DNA of 64,000 nucleotides from Strigamia acuminata (Eukaryota): NCBI GenBank assembly GCA_949358305.1, contig OX442314.1, positions 8,060,001 to 8,124,000 of the forward strand, read 5' to 3'. Shown piece by piece: positions 11,245 to 21,664 of this stretch (position 1 is its first letter; each line of letters starts with the position of its first letter). The notes under the pieces were generated by a model. It saw only the letters and a program-made list of their open reading frames with translations, ran no database searches and was not told where the DNA came from. The position numbers and the translations under genes were made by a program.

Positions 11245-12110
11245 TCACACGTGGAGGTCCCACCGAGATTAGGTTGCAATTAAATTCGATTGAATTGCAA
11301 CAGTGAATATTGGAGATAAATATTTAACTAAAAGATTTAAGTTAAAAATAGACAGATTAAATTTTCAGTTTATATTTCCATGTGAAGAAGTTAAACTGAT
11401 GAAATAGAAATACGTAGTAGATTTTCCTTCATTATTTTCGTTTGAAGATTTTAGGGATTTCAAAGACTACCACCTAATCTCACACGTGGAGGTCCCACCG
11501 AGATTAGGTTGCAATTAAATTCGATTGAATTGCAACAGTGAATATTGGAGATAAATATTTAACTAAAAGATTTAAGTTAAAAATAGACAGATTAAATTTT
11601 CAGTTTATATTTCCATGTGAAGAAGTTAAACTGATGAAATAGAAATACGTAGTAGATTTTCCTTCATTATTTTCGTTTGAAGATTTTAGGGATTTCAAAG
11701 ACTACCACCTAATCTCACACGTGGAGGTCCCACCGAGATTAGGTTGCAATTAAATTCGATAGAATTGTAAAAGTGAATTTTGAGATAAATATTTAACTAA
11801 AAGATTTAGTTAAAAAACAGACAAGTTTCAAACCATGTTTATTTTCTTGAGAAACACCAAAACAGTCCTTTAACTAGGAATTTCGGAAGTTATAGACCTA
11901 TCACACGATCACTGAAATAGGTTGCAAATTAATTCGATCGAATTGCAAAAGCGAATCTTGAATCCGATATTAACTAAAAAATTTTAGTTAAAACAGACAA
12001 ATAGATTTTCAGTTTATATTTTCATGTGAAAAGTTAAACTGACGAAATGGAAACGTTTAGTGAACTCTCTTTACTATTTTCGTTCGACAATTTAAGGAAT
12101 ACGAAGTATT
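11245..12110 (+). repeat. Tandem 235-bp units each carrying a tRNA-Gln PBS
   Basis: TGGAGGTCCCACCGAGATT at 11252, 11487 and 11722 is complementary to the tRNA-Gln 3' end AATCTCGGTGGGACCT-CCA. The third unit diverges and a fourth degenerate unit without a PBS starts at about 11900. Confidence 0.9.
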
Positions 12111-14668
12111 TTAAATAAGAAATCAAAAAAGTTTCGAGTGAAATAAGAATACAGATATTTTTTTTCGAAGTTTGTTTTATTTCGAAAAGCTAAAAACATA
12201 CAAGTTTAGAAGGCGGACTTCTTACGAATTTATCTTTCCACCTGAAAAGTTAAAACGAAGAAAACACCGCAACTATTTGGAAATATTTACAAGAAATTAA
12301 GTTTCTTGTAACTGTACGTCGACACCGATAGCCAGCGACCACGCGCCATAGCAATACGCGTCGATCTCCGTATCAAACGCAGCAGGGAAGCTACTCAAAC
12401 CTTCAACGCAAGGTGCGAACGAATGCTTGGAAATTATGGCGGACAACAGATAAAAGACAGCGGAGAAATGTTACAGAAGGTTCGTAGAGATTTATTTAAG
12501 TGTCGCGAACTAATTTTTCCACTGCCATCGGTACCAAAGATAATTTAGTTGTTGGAGAAAAACAACACACTCCATTTCGCAGAAAAGATTTGCAAATCGA
12601 AATGAATATTACCTTTATTTGAAGGAATTAACTATTTTCACAAAAAGTACATTTTTTCCTTCGGGACAATGGAAATTAAGAAAATATAAAATGGCGGCGA
12701 ATGAAGTTGCCGACCACATAGAATAGTATTTTTTACATTGAAAGTTACGAATCACGATAAACGCTTTCCCTCGGAAAAGTAAAAGGATTTCATTCAATCT
12801 TTCCTTTCGGAAATTTAACAGTGTTTTAAGTTTCCAACGATATTTGGGTCTCCCAAATTTTGAGAATTTCTAAATGAAATTTAGCTGTTTGAAAAACAAC
12901 GAATATTTTTAGTAATCTAATCGGACATTTTCCCACATGATTTCTTAAAACCGGAATAACAAATCCATTTGTGGCTATGAACTTTGCCACATGAAATATT
13001 TACGGAGCGAATATTTTTTGATTGGATTGAAGCTTTAAAATCAGATAGCTGATTTAAACGAAGAAAATAAGTTTCAAAGTAATTATTTTTCTTTCGGAAA
13101 AATCAAATAAATCACCGCTGATGAAAAGTTGTATTTTTCCATTCGAAAAAACTAAGAATTGCACAAGATTTATCTTCTATTTTGAACATAGATTTTATTC
13201 GGAAAAGGAAAGATTCTAGATACATTATTTTTCTCTAAAAATTAAGAATTTAGTCAATTTTCCTAAAGGTTAATGGAATGTCATCATATATTTCGTTCGT
13301 AATTTACGTGTTAAAGTTTAATCAGAAAAACGATTGAATATGTTTTATTTGCGATAAGTAAAAGAAAGGTTCTTTAAAAATGGAATTTCGATGCAAATCC
13401 CACAGTAAAGGGAATGTTATGTGTGAGCAATTAACGAAAAGTTGGAATAACTTCATTTTATTTCATTCAAAAGTAGTTGTGAAAAATCAATTTCAAATAT
13501 TTTTCAAAGAAAAATTATTTTTATCGGAAAAAAGTAATTTACATGTCCTCGCGCGGACCGAGTAGTAAACTGCTTAATTGTGACATCGATACTGTTATTG
13601 TGTCACGTGTTATACGGAATTCCAAACCAGTGAATTACGAATTTTGGCGCGATAGGAATAGAAGTTTGACAGTGAAAGTTCTCCAGATTTGTCTTTTCAT
13701 TTGAAAAGTTCAAATTGAGGAAATGCTGCAGCAGATGAAGGTATTTACGACAATTGAGATTTAAATATTCTTTCATTCAAAAGATAAAAGATCTCTGCAA
13801 AAACATCTCGTTATTAGAGATAAGGGGGACGAAAATTATTAAAACGAATAATCAAAGACACGTCCTTCGTAAATATCGCAAAGGAATAACTAATTGTGAA
13901 AACAATTGTCCGCTCAGGAAAAGTGGAATTTAGCTAGATATTTTCTTTCGAAAAATCAAAGCAATTGTCATCAAAAAAGAAAGATTTGATGAATAATTTT
14001 TACCCAAAAGTCTAAAGGATTGTCGAATAGTTTTCTCCCGAAAAACAAGTACACATTTGTACCAATAACTTTATCGTTTAAAGTAAAATTTCGAATATTT
14101 TCTTTTGGAAGATTAGAGAATTAGATAATTTTTCTCGCAAAACAAATTTAAAGAATTTTAACGAATTTTTATTTGTTAAAAAAATTTGTTAAAAAAGGGG
14201 GAGATGGATGGTGAAAATTTATTTTTTCACACTCGAAAAATGGAATTTAAACCCGAAAAAGTAAAGACTTGGTCAAATTATTCTTCCTATTGGAAATGAA
14301 TACACAATGTTGGGAATCGAAAATAGATTTCAATTACAAAGGAATGATTATTTGAACGATAATTGAATAAGAATAAGAAAAATTGAGAGTTTGAGAAAAC
14401 TTTATTAAAACTGTGGTTGTAATGATATTACACACTAAACGGAATAATCAAAGAAAAATATTTTTTGAAGAAAAGTTATTTAATTATTTGGATTGGTAAA
14501 AATCCCAAAGTTCAAGAAGATTGAAGTAAGTTTATTTTATTTTCATTTGAAAAATACAATATTTTACGAATGTCTTCCCGAAGGAATTTTATTTTATCGG
14601 TAAAATTGAATCTCGAAGGGAACGGACTTAGTAGAGAACTACTAAATAGATGTAACGTCCTTTATACC

Positions 14669-14766
14669 ATTGGCCGACACTAACATCCGCCAATCAGAAG
14701 TTGGGAGATCTAGGGATCCCCAGCCCCCTGCTATTAAAGGAGGACCAGATCAGATACTGATCATTC
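14669..14766 (+). promoter_or_regulatory. Putative internal Pol II promoter (CCAAT boxes, TATA-like, Inr)
   Basis: ATTGG at 14669, CCAAT at 14690, TATTAAA at 14732 and TCATTC at 14761 (canonical ~30-nt spacing); no ATG occurs before 15009. Confidence 0.6.
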
Positions 14767-15008
14767 GCATCCAGACCAGACCAGAAGACGTGTTCCAGAG
14801 TCATCTTGACCACGCCGTCCCGATTTCAGTCACGATTCGAATTTTGTGTGCCGTGTAACCTGCAAAAGCTAACACGTGTCAAACAAACGCGAAGTTTAAT
14901 TTTATTTTGTCAAAAGTAAAGTTTAGAAGTGTTTCTTGTTGAAAAGTGTATTATATTCGTCTTCTTTATAAATTAAAGAATTAAAATCGTCAGATTTTGA
15001 ATTTTTTT

Positions 15009-16490
15009 ATGGCTCAAAAACCATTGAATATGATCGATCCAAAAGGAAATAATAAGCAGACAAACTTAAATTTAAGTTCTGTACCACTTGGCGATCAAAC
15101 AGAAAAGATTCCCGATCATTTTACTCTGTATTGTAATCGTCATGGACTGGATAAAACCAAGTTTAAAAATATAATCGAAGCTTCAGACTATGTAAAAGCT
15201 AGGAACTGGCGAGATCGTACCCAATCTCAATCTTCACATCAAGATCCAGTACGGAATCCACAAACATACAGCCGAAACTTAGTGAATCAAGATTCTCATA
15301 CTATGTTTCAAACATCCAGTAGGGGATCTAAGTTAGAAAAGTTTAAACCACCTAATTCGGTAGATAAGGGGGAAGAGAATTATAAACCTAATAATTCTCG
15401 TCCAGAGAGTTCGTTAACTAACCAGTCGGTTGTTCAGAACAAATTAAAACTCGTTTACAATCGAGATCAGCTAATTTCAGTTCGATATGCTAATCCAGCT
15501 GAAGCACAACGATATGTGGCTAGCCTTAATCTGTCGATTAACCTACCGCTATCAAAAGAATTGGGAACCGTAAACAAAAGTTTTGGGCCACCAATATCAA
15601 CGCAAAGGAAAGATATTCGGACTCCAAACAAACATTTGCAGTCAAATAACGTACAACAACGTGCCCGATCGCCGATCACAAACTCATGTTTGCGGACGTA
15701 TGATTTGTCTACCAAGAAGAGTCCCCAGCCAAGACAATTCTACCTAACGCCCATTTCAAATCGAAAAAAGGTCAAGCAAACTTTTCCCTTGAAAAAGTAT
15801 TACCAACACGATAATGAGAATGATTTTAAACCTAAAAAAGAAAGTTTTTTGACTAACCCACGGGAGATCCGGTATCAATTCGAACAGTATTGTAAACAAT
15901 ACCAGTTAAATTCAGCTGAATTTAAAAATATAAACGAAGCGCAACAATTCGTATTTCGAAATCAATACCGTAACCAACGACTAAAACCCGTCCCAGTCGT
16001 CAATCTGACGGAGATACAACAATTTGCGTCTGGAAAGCAACCCTGCAATATCCAGAATAATTCATCTCAACGAGAGGAATTAAGAACTTCAAAAAAGCGT
16101 TTTCGGTCACCAAGTCCAGCTGGTGATGAAGAAACTTCAAGTACAAACCAACATGTTCAAAAACTGACTGAAAACCCAGGTTTCCAATCATCAGTTCCAC
16201 GACTTAGAGTCAAATATAGATCCCCTCGTTTGTTGCGGGATTTCACAATTCCAAATATGGGTCCTTTCCACGTATGGTTTTCCAATGAGGGTCCCATTCA
16301 TGTATGGTTTTCCAGAGATGACCTAAAACAAAAAGTTGGGTCGTCACGGTCATTTACACTGCCAAGTGAGTACACTGTGTGTAACTGCCCAAAGAAAAAA
16401 CGTCGAAAGAAATCAGTACAGCAGGCTGAGAGATCTCGGAAATTTGCAAATATGCGAGCTCAATATTTAGCAAAGAATCATGTTGATTAA
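15009..16490 (+). CDS. Orphan basic N/Q/K-rich cargo protein (493 aa) in the non-autonomous LTR element
   Basis: 1.5-kb intact frame in AT-rich DNA; duplicated motif F-x2-YC-x4-L-x4-FKNI-x-EA; KKKRRKK NLS-like stretch. Confidence 0.75.
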   Translation: MAQKPLNMIDPKGNNKQTNLNLSSVPLGDQTEKIPDHFTLYCNRHGLDKTKFKNIIEASDYVKARNWRDRTQSQSSHQDPVRNPQTYSRNLVNQDSHTMFQTSSRGSKLEKFKPPNSVDKGEENYKPNNSRPESSLTNQSVVQNKLKLVYNRDQLISVRYANPAEAQRYVASLNLSINLPLSKELGTVNKSFGPPISTQRKDIRTPNKHLQSNNVQQRARSPITNSCLRTYDLSTKKSPQPRQFYLTPISNRKKVKQTFPLKKYYQHDNENDFKPKKESFLTNPREIRYQFEQYCKQYQLNSAEFKNINEAQQFVFRNQYRNQRLKPVPVVNLTEIQQFASGKQPCNIQNNSSQREELRTSKKRFRSPSPAGDEETSSTNQHVQKLTENPGFQSSVPRLRVKYRSPRLLRDFTIPNMGPFHVWFSNEGPIHVWFSRDDLKQKVGSSRSFTLPSEYTVCNCPKKKRRKKSVQQAERSRKFANMRAQYLAKNHVD

Positions 16491-19400
16491 CATGATATGA
16501 TACACAAAGATTCCCCGATTATAGTGTAAACAGAAAATCCTCTTCTAAAAATCATGACCTCTCTTCTAAAGAAAAGGGGGACAAAATATAAAAGTTAGAA
16601 TTAACAAAATTTTGAAAAGTAATGCTACATTATTAAGACAACTAGTTTAATTAAATTAGTCAATTGTACAAAGAATACCAAGTGACTCCGGTCATGACAA
16701 TTAAGGGGGACAATTATGATTTCTTAATTGTCAACTCTTATCATCTAAAAGCTATTTATTGTATATTTATAGCGATACATCTGACTAGGCATATGAAATA
16801 AATATTTTGTGATAACACAAATGATGATTTTATGTATGACGAAAGTTTCTTCAAAAAGAAGACTTGGAAATAAATTCTGGACTTGAATTTAGGCTATTAG
16901 AAAAGATTATTTCGGCAGAAAATCAGAACTTAGATAATTCAAGTTAGTTTATGTAAGCTCAAATTCGAAATTGGAAGTCACGGTATCTCCAAGATACATC
17001 AAGTCCGAAAATAGCATTTATGCTAATTAGGAGAATAACGAAAACTCTATAAAATTTTATATAATTGTGTTATTAAGGGGGATGTGTGACGGTTTACAAT
17101 GGCTATAAATGCCTATTTTCTTAGAAAGAAGCGCTGTTGCGCCATTATCATGATATCTCGAAGATATTCTGTGTAAAACTGATAAATGTCTGGAATAAAG
17201 TTATTTATGATGTTTCAAATACAAAGATGTTCGTTTATTAAGAATAAACACTCATTCCTACTTGATATCAAAGGATTCCGGCCGAATCACGAAGAGTCGT
17301 CTGCTAAAACCGCATTTGTCAATGCGCAATGTTGCCACAAGATGGCGCGATTACGATTTAGCGGCAAATTCAAGATATGAATATAAAACATGTAAATAAA
17401 TATAAAACTATATTTACTAGAATGAAACGAAGCTTTGTGAACATTAATATAAAGATATATTAATGTCTTGTGATGTTAAATACAATGTAACTTCCATTTT
17501 CTGCGGGACAGGACATTTGGTGATCAATCGATCAACCAATAGATCTGATTGGTGGATCCATTTCCGGTCCTGGGTATCCAGTTCCGGTTGTGGTGAGAAT
17601 TAGCACATTGTTCCTCCGTATCCACTTCCGGTGATACGGGATTGGAGGGATTCGTGGAACCCATGTTCCAATTGGATAACTGGATTAATCCTTAATCCAG
17701 TCAGGTTATATAAACCCAAACAACCGGCCATTCTGCAGCTCTGTTTGATTATTTCTGTTTGGTATTGTTACTTAAGAAGTATGATTCGTTGTTCACGTAA
17801 AAAACCTTTTGGTTCTTTGTTGATTTATTCGCAAAGAACCGTTGCATGATTCTACAGAATCATGCCACCGCCGGCAATTGAAGTCGAAGTGCTGGGATTA
17901 TTATGTTGCATAAATGTTACAGTCTACGGTTGCGACGCCGAAGGAGAACCCGCCGTTGTGCAATTCAGTATCCTCCGGACAGGACCAAGTTGTCTTTTTC
18001 GGTATGAACGTATTCCGTTACCACGAGTAGCATCGGTATTGTTGAGAATCGGTTCCTTCACCTGATGGTGCCAAAGCAGTCTGTTTTACAGTAACCACGA
18101 GTAGCACCAAGTGTTTGGCAAGCTGATTCTCATGGTATTCGATGCCAAAGCAGTCGGTCTATTATTAGTACCGCGAGAGATAAAACTGCTGTGCGGAGCC
18201 GCGAGCTATCGACCCCTGTGTACGTGGTACCGTCAACCACTCGATGGACGACCGTGCTGCGACGCCGGGGACGCTTGATACCGTTCTGCATGGCAAGGCG
18301 TATATTCTAATCGATGGCAATTGTGTGTTGCGACGGGAAGCTTAATCTTCATTTTATTTATAACAGAAAAACTTAAACTCGACAACCAGTTGGACCAAAA
18401 TCAAGTCAGAAGACTTAATCTCATATTGAACTCAATATAACCGATAAGTTGACGACAACTTATTCCCGAAATATCTAAATAAGAATTCACAACGATATGA
18501 ATTAAATATAATTCATAAGCGGAATATTGATAAGTAAATGAATACATTTACTTACACCAATATCCTCCCAAAGTTGTGGCGGTGCAGACAAAGTCAACCG
18601 CAATGCTCAGATCATTCGATTTATCGACGTGCGATAATTTACACAGCGAACCAAGGAAACCAGCGAAGCCATATCGGACTCCAGGACACAGCCATCCGGC
18701 TTAGATGACATCTGTAAACCAGGTCGAGCGATGGGGAAACCGCTCCCTTATCCCAGACACGTAATGATATTATTTTAGGACCAATTGGCCTATGCTTTGT
18801 ATAGTTTAATAGTCAGTTAACTTGCCAAATGTTGGCATTAGTCTTATGTATAATTTAGCTCACTGCATATTGTTTGCCAACAATAAATTGTCTTGTATTT
18901 ATCTCGTATTGTATTCACTGTTATTTATCGCGATCTCTTCCCGGTACCATTGTTAAATGGGAGTTGTGGTCGTCACCGTCACACACTATGATTGAAGAGT
19001 CGTTCCCCCCCGAGTTGGCTCCACCTCCCCATGGCAGGTGTGTGCCCCGAGGGGGAGGAAGCGGCTGGTGGTCAGCCCCCATTGGTTGATCGCCGGCCCT
19101 TCACCCCACTGCATAAAAGGCTGTGTTTCCCGCCTAAAGTAAGAACTTACACAAACGACACCAAGAACACAGCAACTACCTCACCGTCAGGCCAACTTCA
19201 ACTACAAGTTAGGATTGATCGAGGATCGCTGAGTAAAGTGCAAACTGTAACTCTCACGAAGTCACTTGCGAGCTATTCCTGCGAAAGCACGAGAATAGCC
19301 CTTGTGAAATCACCCAGAATAATCGCCCAGACGATTATTCGCCGAAGTAAGTGTCCGAGTGCTTTGTAGGGAACCCCAAAGTTCCTAGACGAGGCCTCTG

Positions 19401-19889
19401 CGACGCTAAACCAAACCCTAGACAACAGGCACGGATAGAAGACTCGAGAGAGCATTCCACCGCGTCCGTGAAGACGAATCCGTGACGAATTAACGACAAC
19501 TCGAGACGCCGCCTTTGTTCCGCCGACCACGCGGAATCGACGACGCCATCTTGAGAAATCCTTTGTTCGACGCTGACCACGTCGACTCTAGAATTATTAC
19601 TGAGTGTATTTTAAAGGCATAAAGCCTGGTGAATAAATTACCTGTTTATTTACATACATTTAGTATTCATTTGGGTATTTGCATAATTGATCACAGGTAA
19701 AGTATTACACGTTAGCGCTATTTAAACCTATACAAAGTAGGACGCGACAATTGGAACAAAAATAATAGTAGAAATGTATACCATAATTTGGGACAGAGGA
19801 ATTTGTATACGGTAGTTTAATGAATTATATTAATTTGGTCATTTGTCGACCTTGAATTTATATAACTTTATTCATACAAATAAATGGCA

Positions 19890-19975
19890 AATTCTAATAT
19901 TAAATATATAAATTCTAATATTAAATATATAAATTCTAATGTTAAATATATAAATTCTAATGTTAAATATATAAA
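19890..19975. repeat. 21-bp minisatellite (about 4 copies)
   Basis: AAATTCTAATRTTAAATATAT units. Confidence 0.85.
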
Positions 19976-20193
19976 TACTTTATTGCTTTCAATATCCTTT
20001 TCTCGAATTGAAACATTAAAATTAATAGCGTCTAATAAACCCAACTGAATGCAATTAATTAGAGATCCGTTCAGATATGGCCATTAACAAATGTGTATAT
20101 AAATGTACGGCTGCATCGCCATCGCCACCACAAGATCTTCCTTCCGTCACTCTGCAGTGAACTTATTTCTCCTGCTCGTTCCATCAGTCAAAA

Positions 20194-20419
20194 ATGAAAT
20201 ATTTAATCTTCTTGCTTTTTCTTATTCTGTCGTACTCGTGCATAGGTAAGTTGTGTTTTACACAAAAGTAATTAATTCATTAGTGAACATAACCCTGTTT
20301 TAATTTGATTAGCAATGTCGGATGACAGCTGCGAGATCGAAGGATGCAATCGTTATTGCAAAAGGTCACGCAACAGCGCAGGTCGTTGTCTCACGAACGG
20401 TGCGTGCGAATGTGGTTAA
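20194..20419 (+). CDS. Secreted defensin-like / CS-alpha-beta peptide, 52 aa, two exons (20194-20245, 20313-20419)
   Basis: MKYLIFLLFLILSYSCIA-MSDDSCEIEGCNRYCKRSRNSAGRCLTNGACECG*; signal peptide; phase-1 GTAAGT..TAG intron; cysteine spacing C-x4-C-x3-C-x9-C-x5-C-x-C; TATATAAA at 20096; AATAAA at about 20499 and 20515. Confidence 0.88.
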
Positions 20420-21664
20420 TGTGGAAAGGGCCGAAAGTGTTGGCTGATCCTGGGTGACCAAAATGTAGCCTGTAAAAGGAAATAATGTAAAACGATAAAA
20501 TAAAAAATATTCAAAATAAAATGAAAAAACGTTTATATTTATTTTATTGGAATGTAACATTCCCTAACTTGATCCTTTGCTTTAAAACTAACTTGAAACG
20601 TGTTTAAAACGACCGTTTTTGTTTAGCACCTAATTTAAACAAACCGCAAAAGCTAGTTTAGCTTTAAAACTTGTTTAAAACTATCTTTTTTGGTTTAAAA
20701 CCAAATTGAAACAAGTTTTAAACGATAGTTTTAAGTAAAACCAACACTGTAAAAAAAATTAGATTTTCGTCGATAAAATATTTTGGAAATATAACTAAAA
20801 TGCGATATTTCCAAACCCGAAAGTTATATATTCCAAATTGTACAAACATCAAATTTCCAATGACTTTCCAACACTGAATGCAACCGTTTCCAAACTACTT
20901 TTCATAGCATGATATATTAAATTTCCAAACAGTAAAACACATATTTCTCAACTAGTAAAGTTAAGATTTCTAAATGTAAAATATGAGTTTCCCATCAGTA
21001 AATAACAACTTTCCAAATATAAAATTTGATATTTCTTTTTTAATAAAAATTCTAAATTAGTTAAATCTCAAAATAAATCTCGTAAAAATAAATCCCTAGA
21101 AATTTCCATAAAAATTCAATACATCCTGAATCCTGAATCCTGAATTCATTCCTGAATCCTGAATCCTGAATTTGTTTCTGAATGCTAAATCCTGAATTTG
21201 TTCCTGAATGCTAAATCCTGAATTTGTTCCTGAATCCTGAATCCTGAATCCTGAATCCATTCCTGAATCATAAATTCTAAATCCAGAATTTATTCCTGAA
21301 TAAATTTATAAATCTTGAATCCTGAATTCATAAACCAAGGCTATAATCATAGCCTAATACAAAAAATGAGCAAAATCAACTGAAGGCAGTGATTAAAACT
21401 TGCATTGATATGATGGTGTAACAAATTCTAGAATCAAATTAAAATGTTACACTACAAAATTTGTGTCAACTTTTTAATTTATCCAACTCTAACAATAATA
21501 ATCTAATTATTTGTTGAAGTAGAAATGATAAAACCAATCCCATATTTAATAAATATAAATTTTGAATTAGTTTTGAATTATGTTCGCCATCTGGTGATAA
21601 ACCCATAAATTTTAAAAGCTGGAAACATAGGAAATTTAGTCATTAACTTTTAGGCTTGTGAAAT

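Larger units (their letters stand above)
9351..18983 (+). mobile_element. Non-autonomous LTR retroelement (LARD-like, Gypsy-type ends) with 1899-bp LTRs
   Basis: LTRs 9351-11249 and 17085-18983 appear identical, with ends TGTGACGGT...ACCGTCACA; 4-bp TSD CACT (9347-9350, 18984-18987); PBS at 11252; PPT AAGGGGGA just before 17085; no gag or pol ORF. Confidence 0.93.
9292..19695 (+). mobile_element. 3' LTR of the host element (9292-9350 plus 18988-19695), split by the 9.6-kb LTR insertion
   Basis: PPT then TGTGGTGA; after the insertion the sequence has ATTGG, CATAAAA and AATAAA signals and ends TGATCACA (imperfect terminal inverted repeat). The right end is inferred. Confidence 0.55.

Noticed and set aside
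11245..11745. CRISPR-like regularly spaced repeats
   Set aside because: The spacers are near-identical rather than unique, the context is eukaryotic and there are no cas genes; this is a tandem repeat.
12270..12600. Possible gag relic in the pol-less element
   Set aside because: Short coding-looking patch without a recognisable motif; needs a translated search.
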